Shown in pieces: positions 1-14,562 of a stretch of DNA of 64,000 bases. Each line of letters starts with the position of its first letter. The stretch's first letter is position 1. Below the pieces are notes generated by a model. The model did not search any database. It was not told the DNA's origin and saw nothing but the letters and a program-made list of their open reading frames with translations. A program made the position numbers and the translations under genes. The DNA comes from Octopus sinensis (Eukaryota), in assembly GCF_006345805.1 (NCBI RefSeq), contig NC_042997.1, positions 63,426,001-63,490,000 on the forward strand, written 5' to 3'.

Positions 1-699
1 CACGTATGATCCAATTACACAGTTTGTCGAAAACCTCCGCGGTGCAAATGTGATGCAGGATCTCTCAGCAGGCTTGTGCTACGGATGCCAAATCTCCTTG
101 ATCAGCAGCAGATAGGTCACTTATAAGTGTTTCAAAATAAGGCATTTTGTACGAGTAGAGCTTGTTATCACGTATTACATTCATAAAATACAACTTGAAC
201 TTGTACCTCGAGACAACCTATTACTGTTTTGTGACTGACATTCGTCAAAGATAATAAAGTGCAACATTGTAGGATTAAATCACACAATGAAATTAATTGA
301 GATTTAAAAACCATTTGTGTTATTTCAAACAATTCAAAAAAAACATTTTAAGTTTTATTAAAATGTCTACTATTTAATTTATTCTGAGATTAATATAATT
401 TGCTTTGAAACTATTGTAATTTTGATTGCTAAGTTTCACAAGATCATTAAATTATTTCGATTTTATATATTGTTTTCAATTAACCTCCACTTGATTTAAA
501 TTTGTAAGAGCTTGTATTTATACCTCAAATAGCGTAAACTATGCAGTTTAAAGGAATTAAATAGAATTGAATTACTTAAACAAATATCAATAGCTAAATT
601 GAGAAGTGTATTAGAAGGAGTAATAGCAAGTCTCAACAAGAAGGACACAATTCAAACTGTCAAGTATATGAAGGAGTGGTTACGTACGCGTGCGCGCAT

Positions 700-865
700 A
701 ACTACTTACATAATATATATATATATTATATATATATATTTATAAGGATAGATAGATAGTTATATATATAATATAAATATATATATTTGTATATATATAT
801 CTGTATACATTAACGTATTTGCATATATGTATATATACACACATAGCTATATATATATACATATC

Positions 866-956
<91 letters not shown>

Positions 957-1100
957 TATATTTGCATATATGCTGACATAATATATTATAGTATGATATA
1001 TTATATATATATTATATATTATATATATATATATATGTATGTATATATATATATATATATATACATATATGTATATATACATATACATGCATACATACAT
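700..1100. repeat. (TA)n-rich microsatellite complex
   Basis: Long interrupted TA runs; source of the YIYI ORFs 810..1181 and 819..1127. Confidence 0.95.
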
Positions 1101-1101
1101 A

Positions 1102-1363
1102 CTGTGCTGCAGTGGTGGAAAAGTTAAACTTCCTGCAATCCCCCAAACTCCAGAGCCATTGAAGGAAATTGTTGTCATCAACTGACCAAGATTCCAAACA
1201 CTTCTAAAGCAATATTAGACAACACAATGCTGGACTAAAGATGACATCATTTAGAGCCACAAGAGATTTAACTGAGTCAGGATTCCTGCAAACATTCAAG
1301 ATCCAAGGTTAGATTTACCATCGCATAGGCTCTCTACTACCTCTGTCAAATGAATCACCAAAA
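1102..1363 (+). pseudogene. Helitron Rep/helicase N-terminal fragment
   Basis: Manual translation across one frameshift and two stops: [22 protein letters not shown] / [51 protein letters not shown]. Matches the Helitron RepHel motif CC.GKV.LP...F..NIR.YN...MTSF...FKIQGQ.YHRIGSLLP. Confidence 0.85.
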
Positions 1364-1664
1364 TCGGTCTTTCATTGTTTATAATCTGTACCTGTTTGTT
1401 GGTTACGAAACAAGCTACACAAAACAGGTTTTTGAATTACATGTATTTTCTTTATATAAATATATGAGTTGAAAACTTACTTTTAACATTTCTTCTAATA
1501 TCTATCTTCCATGCGGGCATGCGTTGGACAGTTATTAATATAGAAAGTTGGTATCTCTGCCATTAGCAGTTGATTACCTGCGTAATCTAGACGGCATTTA
1601 AACATTTCCTTATACTTTTTAACTCTGTAATTTCCTGTATTATAAATATATATATACATATACT

Positions 1665-3548
1665 CAATCCCAAAGTGTTCTTTTCATTTGCAAAAAAACA
1701 CAGTCACTGGTTCTACTGTTGGCCCTCTGATTGATCAAAATGGTACTCTTCAAGACAATGCCAAAACCATGGGAGAGATATTGCAGAAACAATATTGCTC
1801 TGTTTTCAGCAATCCTGATATGACTGATCCTGGCTGTATCAGTGATGTTACTCCCCAATACACTTTATCGGACATAACATTTGGCGCTTCTGATGTCTTA
1901 GCAGCAATAAAGGAAATGAAGCACAATTCAGCAGTAGGTCCCGATAAGTTCCCTGCTTGTGTCTTGAAGATGTGTCAACACCAACTTACACCCCCTCTAG
2001 CCAATCTGTGGTGGAACTCACTGGATGCTGGATATATAGCAGAAGACCTTCTATACCAGTCTGTTGTCCCAGTTTTCAAAAAGGAAACAAATCGCTTGCC
2101 GTGAATTACTGTCCAATCTCACTCACCTCTCATATCATTAAAGTATTTGAGAGAGTGCTGAGATCGCGTATGACTCACTTCCTTGAGAGTCATAATATGC
2201 TGAACTCCAACCAGCATGGATTCCGTAATGGAAGAGATTGCCTGACGCAGCTACTGCACCATTTTGATGACATTTTGAGAGCCTTGGGAGAGGGTTCCAA
2301 CACTGACGTCATCTACCTTGATTTCAGCAAGGCCTTTGACAGGGTTGATCATAAGATCCTTTTGAGAAAGCTGACCAATATTGGTGTCACTGGAAAGCTG
2401 CTGCAGTGGATCAAGTGCTTCCTGTCTAACAGAACCCAACATGTTGTAGTCAAAGGAGTCAAATCCAGCCCAGCCAAAGTCAGCAGTGGTGTCCCACAAG
2501 GCGCTGTGTTGGGCCCACTTCTCTTCATCATCTATTAATGATATTACTGACACCATCAAACACAGCAACATCAGAAACTTCGCTGGTGATTCCAAGCTCC
2601 AGAAGGTCATCAATGGCTTGGATGACAGTAAAAGCCTTCAGTCAGACCTACTGGCTGATGTCCAATGGGGGGAAAAGAACAACATGTTGCTAAACGAAGA
2701 CAAATTCGAACTGATCCACTTTGGAAGGGAGGACGCTCTGAAACTCCCATACTCCCTTCCTTCTGGAGAAATTCTCATGGCGTCTAACAACATCAGAGAC
2801 TTGGGAGTAACAGTGGACAACAACATAAGCTGGGCTACACATATAAGCAGCAAAGTTGACATGGCCCGCAGAATGTGTTCCTGGATTCTCAGAACCTTCC
2901 AGTCGAGAGATTCCCAAACCATTATCCTTCTCTTCTCCTCTTTTGCCCGACCCCACCTTGAATACTGCTGTCCACTGTGGTCTCCCTACACAAAAAAATA
3001 TTATGAGTATTGAAGCTCCCCAAAGGTCAATCACAAAAAAGATAGATGGCATGTCAGACCTTGACTACTGGGGTAGACTAGAGAAACTGAAACTCTATTC
3101 ACTCCAACGACGCCGTGAACGCTACATTATCTGTATGATGTGGAAAATACTCCATCAGCACTGTCCAAATGATGTTGGCATCACCTTCAAAATACATCCA
3201 ACGCTTGGATCACGTGCCATCCGTCCACAACAAAAATCTGAATCGCATCACATAACGACAATACGGCACAATTATTTCACCTCAATTGGACCCGCTCTCT
3301 TCAACATTAAACCAGGACACGTCAAAACAGAAACTGACCACACAAAATTCAAGAAGTCTTTGGACAAATTCCCTGAAACAGTCCCGGACAAACCACCCAC
3401 ACCCGGATATGTCTTCGCAAACAATAACTCTCTGCTCGAATGGGCCTCGGTGCCCAAATCCTGAATTGAAAGACTTCGCCAGGCGGTGCTATTAAGTTAG
3501 ACATGGCCTGGGCCAATACTGGCCAAAACCTTTCTAAGTTATTCCAAG

Positions 3549-3550
<2 letters not shown>
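1665..3550 (+). mobile_element. 5'-truncated CR1-clade LINE (ORF2 RT plus 3' UTR), frameshifted
   Basis: ORFs 1688..2104, 1957..2538, 2486..3013 and 2856..3464 join into an RT: GPDKFP, NYCPISLTS, NQHGFR, YLDFSKAFDRVDH, SGVPQGAVLGP, FAGDSKL (mutated FADD), RPHLEYC..WSP, SLQRRRER, C-terminal PDKPPTPGY..NNNSLLEW. A short 3' UTR ends at a TA tract. Confidence 0.93.
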
Positions 3551-3582
<32 letters not shown>

Positions 3583-3584
3583 GC

Positions 3585-3665
<81 letters not shown>
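3551..3665. repeat. (TA)n microsatellite at the CR1 3' end
   Basis: Direct reading. Confidence 0.95.
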
Positions 3666-5185
3666 TTAATTTTTATGTATATACATACATATATGTGTGT
3701 GCGCATGCCTGTATTTTAAAAAAACATTTAAACAGTAAATTCGCAATTTGTAGAATTTTTGTCGTATTTTACGTCTTATTTCCTCCTGAATTCTTCATTC
3801 ATTTCATAGTACTCGATTGCCACTTTTATAAATTTAGGGCACATTTACAAAAGTCTTCACCCGACAACTCTGTGAATGTTCCAGCGAGACTTCTCCCAAG
3901 ATTATGAACAATTGATATTTTAAGGAAATTTCCTACAAATTGTTTTTAGATGATGTAATTATAATTTCCCCGGAATTTGCGAGAGAAATCCTATTCGGAG
4001 ATCTGTAGGGAGAAGACTTTCAGATAATTCACTCGTTTCGAATTTATTTCCTCACAACCTTCAGAAAAATGTATATTTGAATGATTTTTTTTATCAAAAA
4101 GCTCTCAGATAGCGTTGATTAAAATTATACTGGAATTTAGTGTGAAACAAATATTGAGTGGGAACGCATATTTCTAGTTTCTTGAATTTCTTTTCTCGTA
4201 CTTTTTGATGATGATGTTTGCAATTATTTTTAAAATAAAGAACACTTTGTGTGCCTCAAGATACCAATTATTTCTAGCATATTAAATGACAACATTTAGG
4301 ATAGGTTACCTTTAAGTTTGTTTCAAAGAGAGATTAAGATATAAAATAATGATTATATTTATGTATTTAATAATTAGCGTTAGCATTGTACTCACCTTTA
4401 AAAAATCATGGCTTCCTGAGAATTTTGGGGAAAGGATGGAAGTAGATTTATGTTTTACGACACAATTCTAATGTGCAACATCAAAACTTATGAGGTAACA
4501 AATTCAAGGTGCATAAAATATCCGCCTCAATAATTTTACTAATAATAAATTCCTATAAAATCATAAGATACGGTATCTGATAGGTAGTTGTACAAATGTT
4601 TATACAAAAAAACAGCATTTTCATAAATTTATGAGGAGACAAAGCCAATGTCTCGACACACTTCTTATACAGTAGCATAAAGCATTAAGTTTAAAAAAAC
4701 AGTATGTTGCAGTGTAAAGTATGAGAGAGTGAATAAAAAATATATTTGAATTGTGAAGCTGAAGCTTTCAATAATGAACGAGGTATATCGCAAAAATTCG
4801 AAAAAAAAGATAACCACAGCTGTATTATGACATCATTGCAACCAAGAGTTGTCAAGTTATAATTAAATTCTGCTTTTTCTTCTTTTTCTTTATATTTTGC
4901 TTGAAATTTTCAATACATTTCTATTGTGGTGTTCTAATTTTCTGATTTCACCAATAAATACCCAGTCAATAATTATCTAGTAATTTATTTCGGGAAACCA
5001 CATGAAAAGTCAATCTTTCGCTCTAGGGATTTATAAAGGCGTAATTGGAAGTAAAAAATAAAGTTAAGAATGTATAAAAATAGGCCTAGCTATCACGAAT
5101 AAATGAAAGAAATTAATAATTGCTTAAGAATAGGTTATTACACGTCATTAATATTGATTTCGATCTTACATTTCGCAACAGCATC

Positions 5186-5914
<729 letters not shown>

Positions 5915-5922
5915 TAATATAT

Positions 5923-5975
<53 letters not shown>

Positions 5976-6004
5976 ATATATATCATATACATATACATAT
6001 TATA

Positions 6005-6054
<50 letters not shown>

Positions 6055-6244
6055 TATATATATATAAATATACATATACATACATATATTTTTCTTCTTT
6101 CAGTCATTTGGCTTATTTTAAAATCCTGAATGAAATTATATTGCTGTTTTTTGCTGAACTTATCGGGACAAGAAAAATACTAACACTCGTTATCAAACAG
6201 TGAAAGTGAGTAACACGCAGACACAATGACAGACATGTATATAC

Positions 6245-6330
6245 CTCTGTAAGAAAAGTTACCGCACCGTGTGACTGAAATCGAAAGCCACAGGTGGTAG
6301 TGAGCTCCTTAACTACGCGGCCATGCCTAT
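6245..6330 (-). mobile_element. Degenerate tRNA-head SINE fragment (family 2, CORE-like)
   Basis: Minus strand ggcatggccgcgtagttaaggagctcact...gatttcagtcacac resembles the heads at 26650 and 30700. Confidence 0.45.
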
Positions 6331-6990
6331 AGAAAACGAATATGTTTTGCACTTAATCAGTAATAGATAATTTTTATTAATATTTCACTAATAATTTACA
6401 CAATTAAAAACAATCACATCTTATACGTTTTTTTCTGAAAATGAAAATGGAGGGAAGTTAATACCTTTGTAAGTCATTCAAATACATATGCAAAGTAGCA
6501 TTTTACATACATAGACAATTTAATTTTGATTTAAATGTTTTATCTTTACGTCTGAAAATGTAGTCTTAATGAAAGTGAGATGTGGAAGACACACTTAAAG
6601 GACAAAAATGCATTTAGAAAACACCTCGTCAGCTAAATTACTTGGGCTTCGGCGTACGGATAACAGTGCTATTCAAATGGGGAGTAGCAGTAATTATAAT
6701 ATCAATATCATCCTAAGAAGAAGGGTGTAGAAAATATCTTCCATCGTAACACTAACTGATAAAGAGAGAGAATAGAATGTGCTAACGATAAAGTATACAA
6801 TAGAAGAAAGAATGAAATGAAAACAAAGTGGTATTCAGAGTAAGGGTAGCTCCAGTGTACAAGTATACATATATTTACGATACAAGTTTGCAGTGTTATT
6901 TTGTTTTGAATATTAACAGTTCTTCAGAGCAAAATTTCTCAGAGTTTGCTTCAATTTAAGGTCTCTGACAGTTACTCTCACGCGGTTTGT

Positions 6991-7085
6991 TGTTTTTATT
7001 TTGTTTCCCTGTTCCAGCGTGACCGACGAGGAGCACACTGGATTCTTTTATATATATATGTATATATATATAATATATATATATC

Positions 7086-7131
<46 letters not shown>

Positions 7132-7142
7132 TTATTATATAT

Positions 7143-7176
<34 letters not shown>

Positions 7177-7250
7177 ACATATATATATGTTTTTATTTTG
7201 TTTCCCTGTTCCAGCGTGACCGACGAGGAGCACACTGGATTCTATTTTAT
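6991..7250 (+). repeat. Local duplication of a ~60 bp unique segment plus TA tract
   Basis: tgtttttattttgtttccctgttccagcgtgaccgacgaggagcacactggattct occurs at 6991 and 7188, each followed by (TA)n. Confidence 0.9.
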
Positions 7251-7256
7251 ATATGT

Positions 7257-7390
<134 letters not shown>

Positions 7391-7413
7391 ATATATAATA
7401 TAATATATATATA

Positions 7414-7455
<42 letters not shown>

Positions 7456-7844
7456 TACAACGTTGTTTAACAACTCAATTTGATGATTTTTATGTGTTCT
7501 GTTTCAGCAACAACTTGATGCATTGGTAAACAGTCAGCGGCGTTGGAATACAAAAATATCAACATTGTAGTTGAGGAAAAATTAACTGACACAGAGAACT
7601 GGAAGCCATTTGAATATTCCTAAAAAATTATCTGTATCATCATTATTTGCAATGGCTATCAAATTGCCGATATCATGTTTGTTAGTCTATGTTTTGTGAA
7701 CACTGTATCAGGTGTAAGACGTCACATGAATGTCTGCAATGCAAATTCAGATTCTGACTGCGTCCGCCTACCAGTGTTTTTTCAGCAACTAATGAACAGT
7801 GTCTTAGACAGAATTCAGAATTCTATGTGAAGCTGCAAGAAGCT

Positions 7845-8165
7845 TTGGCCGATCCCTAGCTGGAGCCATTTACAGCTGAAAAATCCTGTGTTGCAGCAGA
7901 ATACGACTCCTTGACAAAACTCCGGAAAGATTTAGTAGTGGTTGTTGGAGAATTTCTATAACGTCACCTGTCCGAGTTTCTGACCTTCTACTCCAACCTC
8001 ATTCTAATCTGATGAGTTATTGTGAGGGACGCATTTAAAGAAGAAATCACCGCAACACTAAGGCCGAACTGGTGAACAAGATCAAGGAGACGTTCACGGA
8101 TTTTCTCAAGGACAGAGTGTGAAACGCATGTGCCAGTTTCTAGAGATGTCTTGGGGTTCTTTTAC
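7845..8165 (+). pseudogene. Tc1/mariner transposase C-terminal relic (maT/DD37D-like)
   Basis: Manual translation: P*LE..AEKSCV.QQNTTP*QNSGKI**WLLENFYNVTCPSF*PS..NTKAELVNKIKETFTDFLKDRV*NACASF*RCL, corresponding to QQDSAPCH...WPP.SPD.N and the terminal helix. Confidence 0.7.
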
Positions 8166-8181
8166 AAACTGAGGACCGGTT

Positions 8182-8184
<3 letters not shown>

Positions 8185-8277
<93 letters not shown>

Positions 8278-8292
8278 TTATATAATATCAGC

Positions 8293-8327
<35 letters not shown>

Positions 8328-8366
8328 CTATCTATCTATGTATCTATCTATCTATATGATATCAGC

Positions 8367-8432
<66 letters not shown>

Positions 8433-8547
8433 ATATATATATATATATATGTATATATATATCTATCTATCTGTCTATATATATACATATATATATAAAT
8501 AAATAAATATATATATATATATATATATATGTGTATCTATCTATCTT

Positions 8548-8598
<51 letters not shown>

Positions 8599-8625
8599 GT
8601 CTATATATATATATATATATAAATA
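8185..8625. repeat. (TATC)n/(TA)n compound microsatellite
   Basis: Direct reading. Confidence 0.95.
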
Positions 8626-9570
8626 TATATAATACCTCGTCACCGTTGTGTTTTATTCCCTAAGCAAGCATATGTTATGGTGATCTTTCAAGGTTATTTG
8701 CCAATGAGCGTGTGTGGTGATGACTTAATGCATCCGCATCATACAACAACAAAACTATAAAACAGACAACAATTCTGTGATTGAAATGTCATTTGCTTTG
8801 ACCGTTGCCAGTAATATTATATTTGAAATACTCTGCGTCCTAGCATTGTCATTTAGGCAAAAATATACATTCGGTATCACAATCATTGCCCGCTTACTCA
8901 AGTTATTCAGGTAAGTTATTACTAAAAACAACCTTCTGAATACAAGTATCCAGGGTTTACTTGTTACCATATTAATCTCGTTCGCTATTCATCGTGCCTG
9001 TGAAAACAAGACGCTTTAGTAACTGTGCTTGTTGCCATCGATGTTTGAATGAGCAAGCGCATTCATTATGGTTCTAAAGTATTTCGTAATTGTAAGAGTT
9101 GGGTGAATGACTACATTCTACGAACTGCGGTGAAAATAGATGTCAGCAAAAAGTTAACACCAAATAACGAAAATTCTTATCCAGGTTATTGACATCTGAA
9201 ATTACCTTATTATCTGTATCTCTACAACGTTCTCTTGCATAAACTATTTCCTGGTGGTTCATGGATAAACTTCAAACAAAAAAGGTTAATAAAATCTTTG
9301 ATGATATATCAGGCTTTCAGATGCATAAACACAAGAATTGGTTCGCTGAAACCAATTCCAAAATATTTATCAGGTTTTTTGTGGTTTTGAAATATATGTC
9401 TCCTACGCTGTAACATCTTTAGTTTGAATACATAATCTGAAATCAAATCACTTGCCAGAGAATTACAATTCGAAAACTCAAAAGTAAATAAATGCCTAGA
9501 CATCATACATAACTCAGAACTTGTTTAATACCGATTTAGCTGATGCTTCAGTGTTTCTTCTCTTTGACAG

Positions 9571-9629
9571 AACAGTTGCTGACGCATCAGAAGTTAAAGT
9601 GGTACAAAGATATGAGTCATCAAGGGCAG
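9571..9629 (+). other. Candidate 59 bp internal exon of an unidentified host transcript
   Basis: Acceptor tttcttctctttgacag, donor CAG|gtaaca. Two frames are open (TVADASEVKVVQRYESSRA; QLLTHQKLKWYKDMSHQGQ). No homology recognised. Confidence 0.3.
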
Positions 9630-10284
9630 GTAACAAATCGTGTAACTTCAAAGATAATCAATTTGCTTTTGATAATAAAGATTAAAATAAATTAATGCAT
9701 AGCTTGTTAAGACATATATTGGCTCCTAGTGAATCATATATCGCTACTCTCTGATCTAAGCTATTGCTATTCTCTGATCGAGACATTTTGAAGCACTCTG
9801 CAACCAGTTTCGCGGTTGATTTTCGTAGGCCACGCGCTATAGATGAATACATTATCTGTAAACATTCTCAGTCATGAATAGTGAGTAAATGTATATCACT
9901 CACCCACCAAAAATATATAAAGGTGGCAATCAAAGAGTCAATTTAAAAATGAACCAATGAATTAATGGTATATCAAATACGACGGTAAAATAACGGTCGT
10001 GCTTGTGAACAGCCTTCAGTTTCGATGCGTGGAACGGTTGACCGGTTCCGAAATGAAACATTACTGATATCACTCTGAAAGGTGAAACTGTTCATTTGCT
10101 TTCGTGATAGTTGTTTACTTGTAACTATCGATACCGTATTCACTCTAGTTAAATTCATCGCAGTCATACATATGCCCTATAGTTATTTGCAGTGTTTCAT
10201 TGTGGGTTTAGATCTGATATGATATTTGTGTCTGACATCTGCAGCGAAAATGTATAGAATATCATCTTACTCTTATCAGTTTTT

Positions 10285-10350
10285 TTTATGGTCTAACAAA
10301 AGCTTTTGATACAGTGAATAGAAATTTACTTTGGAGAATAATGGGAAAGA
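10285..10350 (+). pseudogene. RTE-type RT relic
   Basis: Translation LTKAFDTVNRNLLWRIMGKI matches DLTKAFDTV.R..LW.I..K. Confidence 0.6.
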
Positions 10351-10889
10351 TCGAATCTACTAATCGATTAGTTACGACTTTCGTTAAAACTGATCGTCAC
10401 GATTCAGATAGCCAGCTCTGGTCGCTGGGGGAACGCATAAACACTATTTGATGAATAATGCAAGCATGATCAGCCAAGGTCTGATCTTATCTACAGCAGT
10501 ACAAATAAGCTATCCGCATTAATTATTTACTATTTTCCCAGAGACGCTACAAATGCATTTATTAAACGTATAAATTTATAGAAAAATTATATTACACACA
10601 CACACGCACGCACACACACACACAAACACACACACACACACATATATATATATATCCACACGTATATACAAACGCACACACATGCATACGTGAGGATATA
10701 TATAGAGAAGGCATAACATACATATTTAGACGCGGTGTGTGCGCGCGCGTGCTTTTGCGATGATCGCCTACATAACTTTCAGCATAATCGCTATCATTGT
10801 AGACATAAGTCATAGACAATGTTCTCTGCACTCTGAAACTACTAATTATAAATATATTTCAAATTTTGTTGCAAGTACAACACAAAATA

Positions 10890-11098
10890 TTCTCATCTTC
10901 TCTAGGCAAAGGGCCTGAAATTTGGGGAGAGGGAGCCAGCCGATTAGATCGACACCAGTCCACAACTGGTACTTAATTTATCGACCCCGAAAGTATGAAA
11001 GGTAAAGTCGACCTCGGTGAAATTTGAACTCGGAACGTAAAGACAGACGAAATACCGCTAAGCATTTCGCCTGGCGTGCTAACGTTTCTGCCAGCCTT
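10890..11098 (-). mobile_element. tRNA-derived SINE, family 1
   Basis: Minus strand ctggcagaaacgttagcacgccaggcgaaatgcttagcggtatttcgtc...gagttcaaattt (B box)...ggtcgactttacctttcatactttcggggtcgataaattaagtaccag. Many copies in the window. Confidence 0.9.
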
Positions 11099-14054
11099 AT
11101 GAACTTTTTATAGTGATATATTGGTATGTGAGTTATTGTGGGTGATACGATTAGGTTTTGAAAATATAAAACAATTACAGACAGTGCAACTGGGATAACT
11201 TTAAGATCCCTAGAACATCAGCAACGTGCACTTTTCTGACAGTTCAATTCTGTTAAGTACAAAATGTTCCTAATTAAGAATGCTAATCGTTATAATCTTA
11301 AATTGTCTTTCGTGACGAAATCCGAATTTGTTTATATCGGGATATAATGACAATTAATACATCATACGTTGATTGGTTTTGAAGTCTGAAATTATCCAAG
11401 CCGTCATATTTTTTAAACATCTTTACATCGGAAAATAAATGAACGTCTATAACCCGGTACACTGAGTCCGGGAGAGACGGGAGTGAAGGAGATAGGCATC
11501 CTCTAGCAGGAAGCCTAAACCGTGTTACAAATACTGGACGGGAAGCTAAGCCAACTGATATGAGACCTGGGGTAGACCAAGAGAGTGTTGGTTGGATAAT
11601 ATCCAAATCTCTCGGTTGTTTATCCTTGGGAAACCAGCTGGAAATACAGCGGCTTTTGGTTTTGATACGGTCCTATGGTAGCGGTGCTTGAGGATTCTGC
11701 CCCCATGACCATTTGAAAAATAGCGGCCGAGGAAGATGGATGGATGCACAATCATCACATTTTCGTTATGAACCTTAGTTACCACAGTAACGTTGATTTA
11801 TGAAGCTTGAATAATTCTCATATCAAACGATCCATTCGAAATAGATTAGGATTAAATAATTTCCGTGGCAATTTGTGCGTAATATGAAGTAGCTCTGAAA
11901 TTTCTGTGCTATCACCAAAGCAATATTTGCTTGAGTGGTCTCAAACCTAAAGTATTGCTAGCTGTAATATAAGTTTTTCTTTGATATCAGATTATGAAGC
12001 ATCAGTTGTTGAATAACGTTTATAAAAAAATGCAAGTATTGCAGGGCCTCGGAATTAGTCAACTTCTAGCCGTTTCAGAATCTTAGTATTGGGTGACGTA
12101 AAGTTTCTCAAAACAACATATTTCATCTTTCCCTGTACAAGTTAGTAATTCGTCGAACACTAATCCGGTCACATAACCTTAGCGCGACAGAGGCATGCAT
12201 ACATATAATAAGGGAGAGAATAAAGTGAGGCCAAATTTTCCAGATGAAATATGTAACTGAGTTTCAGAACACTGTATTAAATATTGCTAGAGCTGATTTA
12301 GAAAAAAGCTATTGTAGGCAAAAATCTTTATTATTTGTTCATTTTACATATGCCAAGGCATTTGAAATTAGACCACATACTATAATAATCACTACATACC
12401 TGACATACATATCCTAATGTAGGGTTTTTATACTAGGGATTTTTAAAAAATCACATTCTCAACATCATCGTAAAAACTCAAAAATTCTTTCGATGAGGGA
12501 AAAGTCGAAAAGCTATCATTCATGTACTAAACAAATTGTATGTTAGCGTTTTAGTCCTCTCCGACTGCGCAAAAAGAAATTGTAAAATATATAAATAATT
12601 AATATCAATAACCCAGAAAGAAAATGATTAAATTCTTGATATAAAAGGAGTAAAAAACCGAGAGGTGAAATTATCATTCTCATATAAGATATAATTATGA
12701 AGTGAGGCACATATAAAGTGAGGCTTATACAAACGATATAATTATAAAGTGAGGCTTAGTATCTGATTTTTGACATGTGTTGCATGTTCGTGAATACAAT
12801 GTATAAACATAGTGAATTAACGTCATATGATAATTCGATCAAGACAATAACGTAACTGCTAAAATAAAGCCGTCACGTATATTTTGTCTATTGACAATGT
12901 TTTCAATTAAACAAAATGAAAATTAATATATTTTAGGTGGAAAATACAAAATGCAAAATGAATTTATCATCGTATTACAAATGGAAAAAAGAGAAGAAAA
13001 TAAGACCTAATTTTATATTGAGAAGATGTACAGAATATCAGCTGAATAGAAGTTAGACAAAGCATTATCTGATGTCTGGGTTTCTTTTTCTCCAAGCACA
13101 TTCGCAGCAAAAGTTATGTGAAGAAAATTCAAGTGAATAGAGAAGTTATTCCAGAAAAATTTTATTCGAATCGATGAGACTACGTTTAAAGATGATATAA
13201 GATTACTAGCATATACACAAAGATGTATATGGTGGAGAGGATGGATCCTAGTAGATTATTTCAGCCCCTGTACTGGATTGATATTTATTTCATGGAACAG
13301 GTCTCCATCATGAAAGATATTTGTACTCTATACATAAAAGTGTGTACCCATTGACGTATACTATCATCTTGAATACAATGCAACATCCGTTTGTAACTAA
13401 ATCCCAGTAATTTTGTTTATGATATTACATAACATCACACCTTAATGTGGTAATACGGTTGTATCTTTAAGAAGCCCAAATTATATTATTGTATACTTAC
13501 GATTTTAATTCCAGACTAAAAGCAATACATCGCTTTTGAATATCCTTACTTTTATTACAAAGATTTTCATTGGCGATAATACATGAATAAAGCAACTAAA
13601 ATGCGAGACAACATCCATAATGGAACTAAAATGATTTAAACTATAATCCTTTAAATTACAGCATTACCTTTGCATTTCTTGAACAATAGAATGCATAACA
13701 ACACACTGCCAACTTAATATCATAGTTAGCAATTATTATTCGATTTATTCACTAAACATGTGATGTTTCATAGACATGTACAATGTAATGAATATTAGTC
13801 GTTTGATGTGTCGCTACTATAGTCTTCGGTATTTTCGAGGGTGGTTCTGTCTCTAAAACTACTTATACACATTATATATATATATAATTACGTAAGTGTG
13901 CGGGGAGAGAGAGAAAGAGGGAGAGAAAGAGAGAGAGGAGAATATTTTATTGCCCAATATGCGTTTGTAATCAGTTTAATTAGTAAGCATTTATATACAC
14001 TATTGTCCCAATGTATTTTTAAAATCTATTTACAGAGTTATCGAAACCGAAGCA

Positions 14055-14225
14055 AGGCCAGAAATTTCGAGGGTGGGTCTAATTCGATTACATCGACCTC
14101 TATCTTTCAACTGGTAATTATTTTACCATAAAGAATGAACGGCAAAGTCGACCCCACTGGTATTTGAACGTAAAGACGGACGAAATGCCACTAGGCATTT
14201 TGTCTGTTGTGCTAACTCGCTGCCT
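14055..14225 (-). mobile_element. SINE family 1, degenerate
   Basis: ggcaaagtcgacccc...atttgaac...gacggacgaaatgcc matches the 10890 copy. Confidence 0.8.
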
Positions 14226-14499
14226 GTAACTTTTCAGTCACAATATATGCCGGCATCTGGTAGTCAGAGACTTTTGCATTCGAGGAGAGTAGATCGTTCA
14301 TCCAACATCTCATTGTCAACTACCAGCATTGTCACTTAGACTATAAACAAAGGAATTGACAACAGCTCTGCAGTAGGGCAGAAAATTAAGTATTGATCAG
14401 TAATTGACAGAGTAATTTTATCACTATCACCTACCGATAGAAGAGTTAACAAACAAAATAAGTACTGGGTCGATGACTGAAATAAGTAAGATATAAAAG

Positions 14500-14561
<62 letters not shown>

Positions 14562-14562
<1 letters not shown>

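Noticed and set aside
1-115. Open frame TYDPITQFVENLRGANVMQDLSAGLCYGC at the window start
   Set aside because: Truncated by the window edge, ends in a stop, and no motif recognised.
7508-7830. Possible exon or TM-like peptide after the acceptor-like ttctgtttcag
   Set aside because: Stops in all frames and no convincing donor or homology.
12620-12760. Short gatataattat-aagtgaggc duplication
   Set aside because: An ordinary local slippage repeat.
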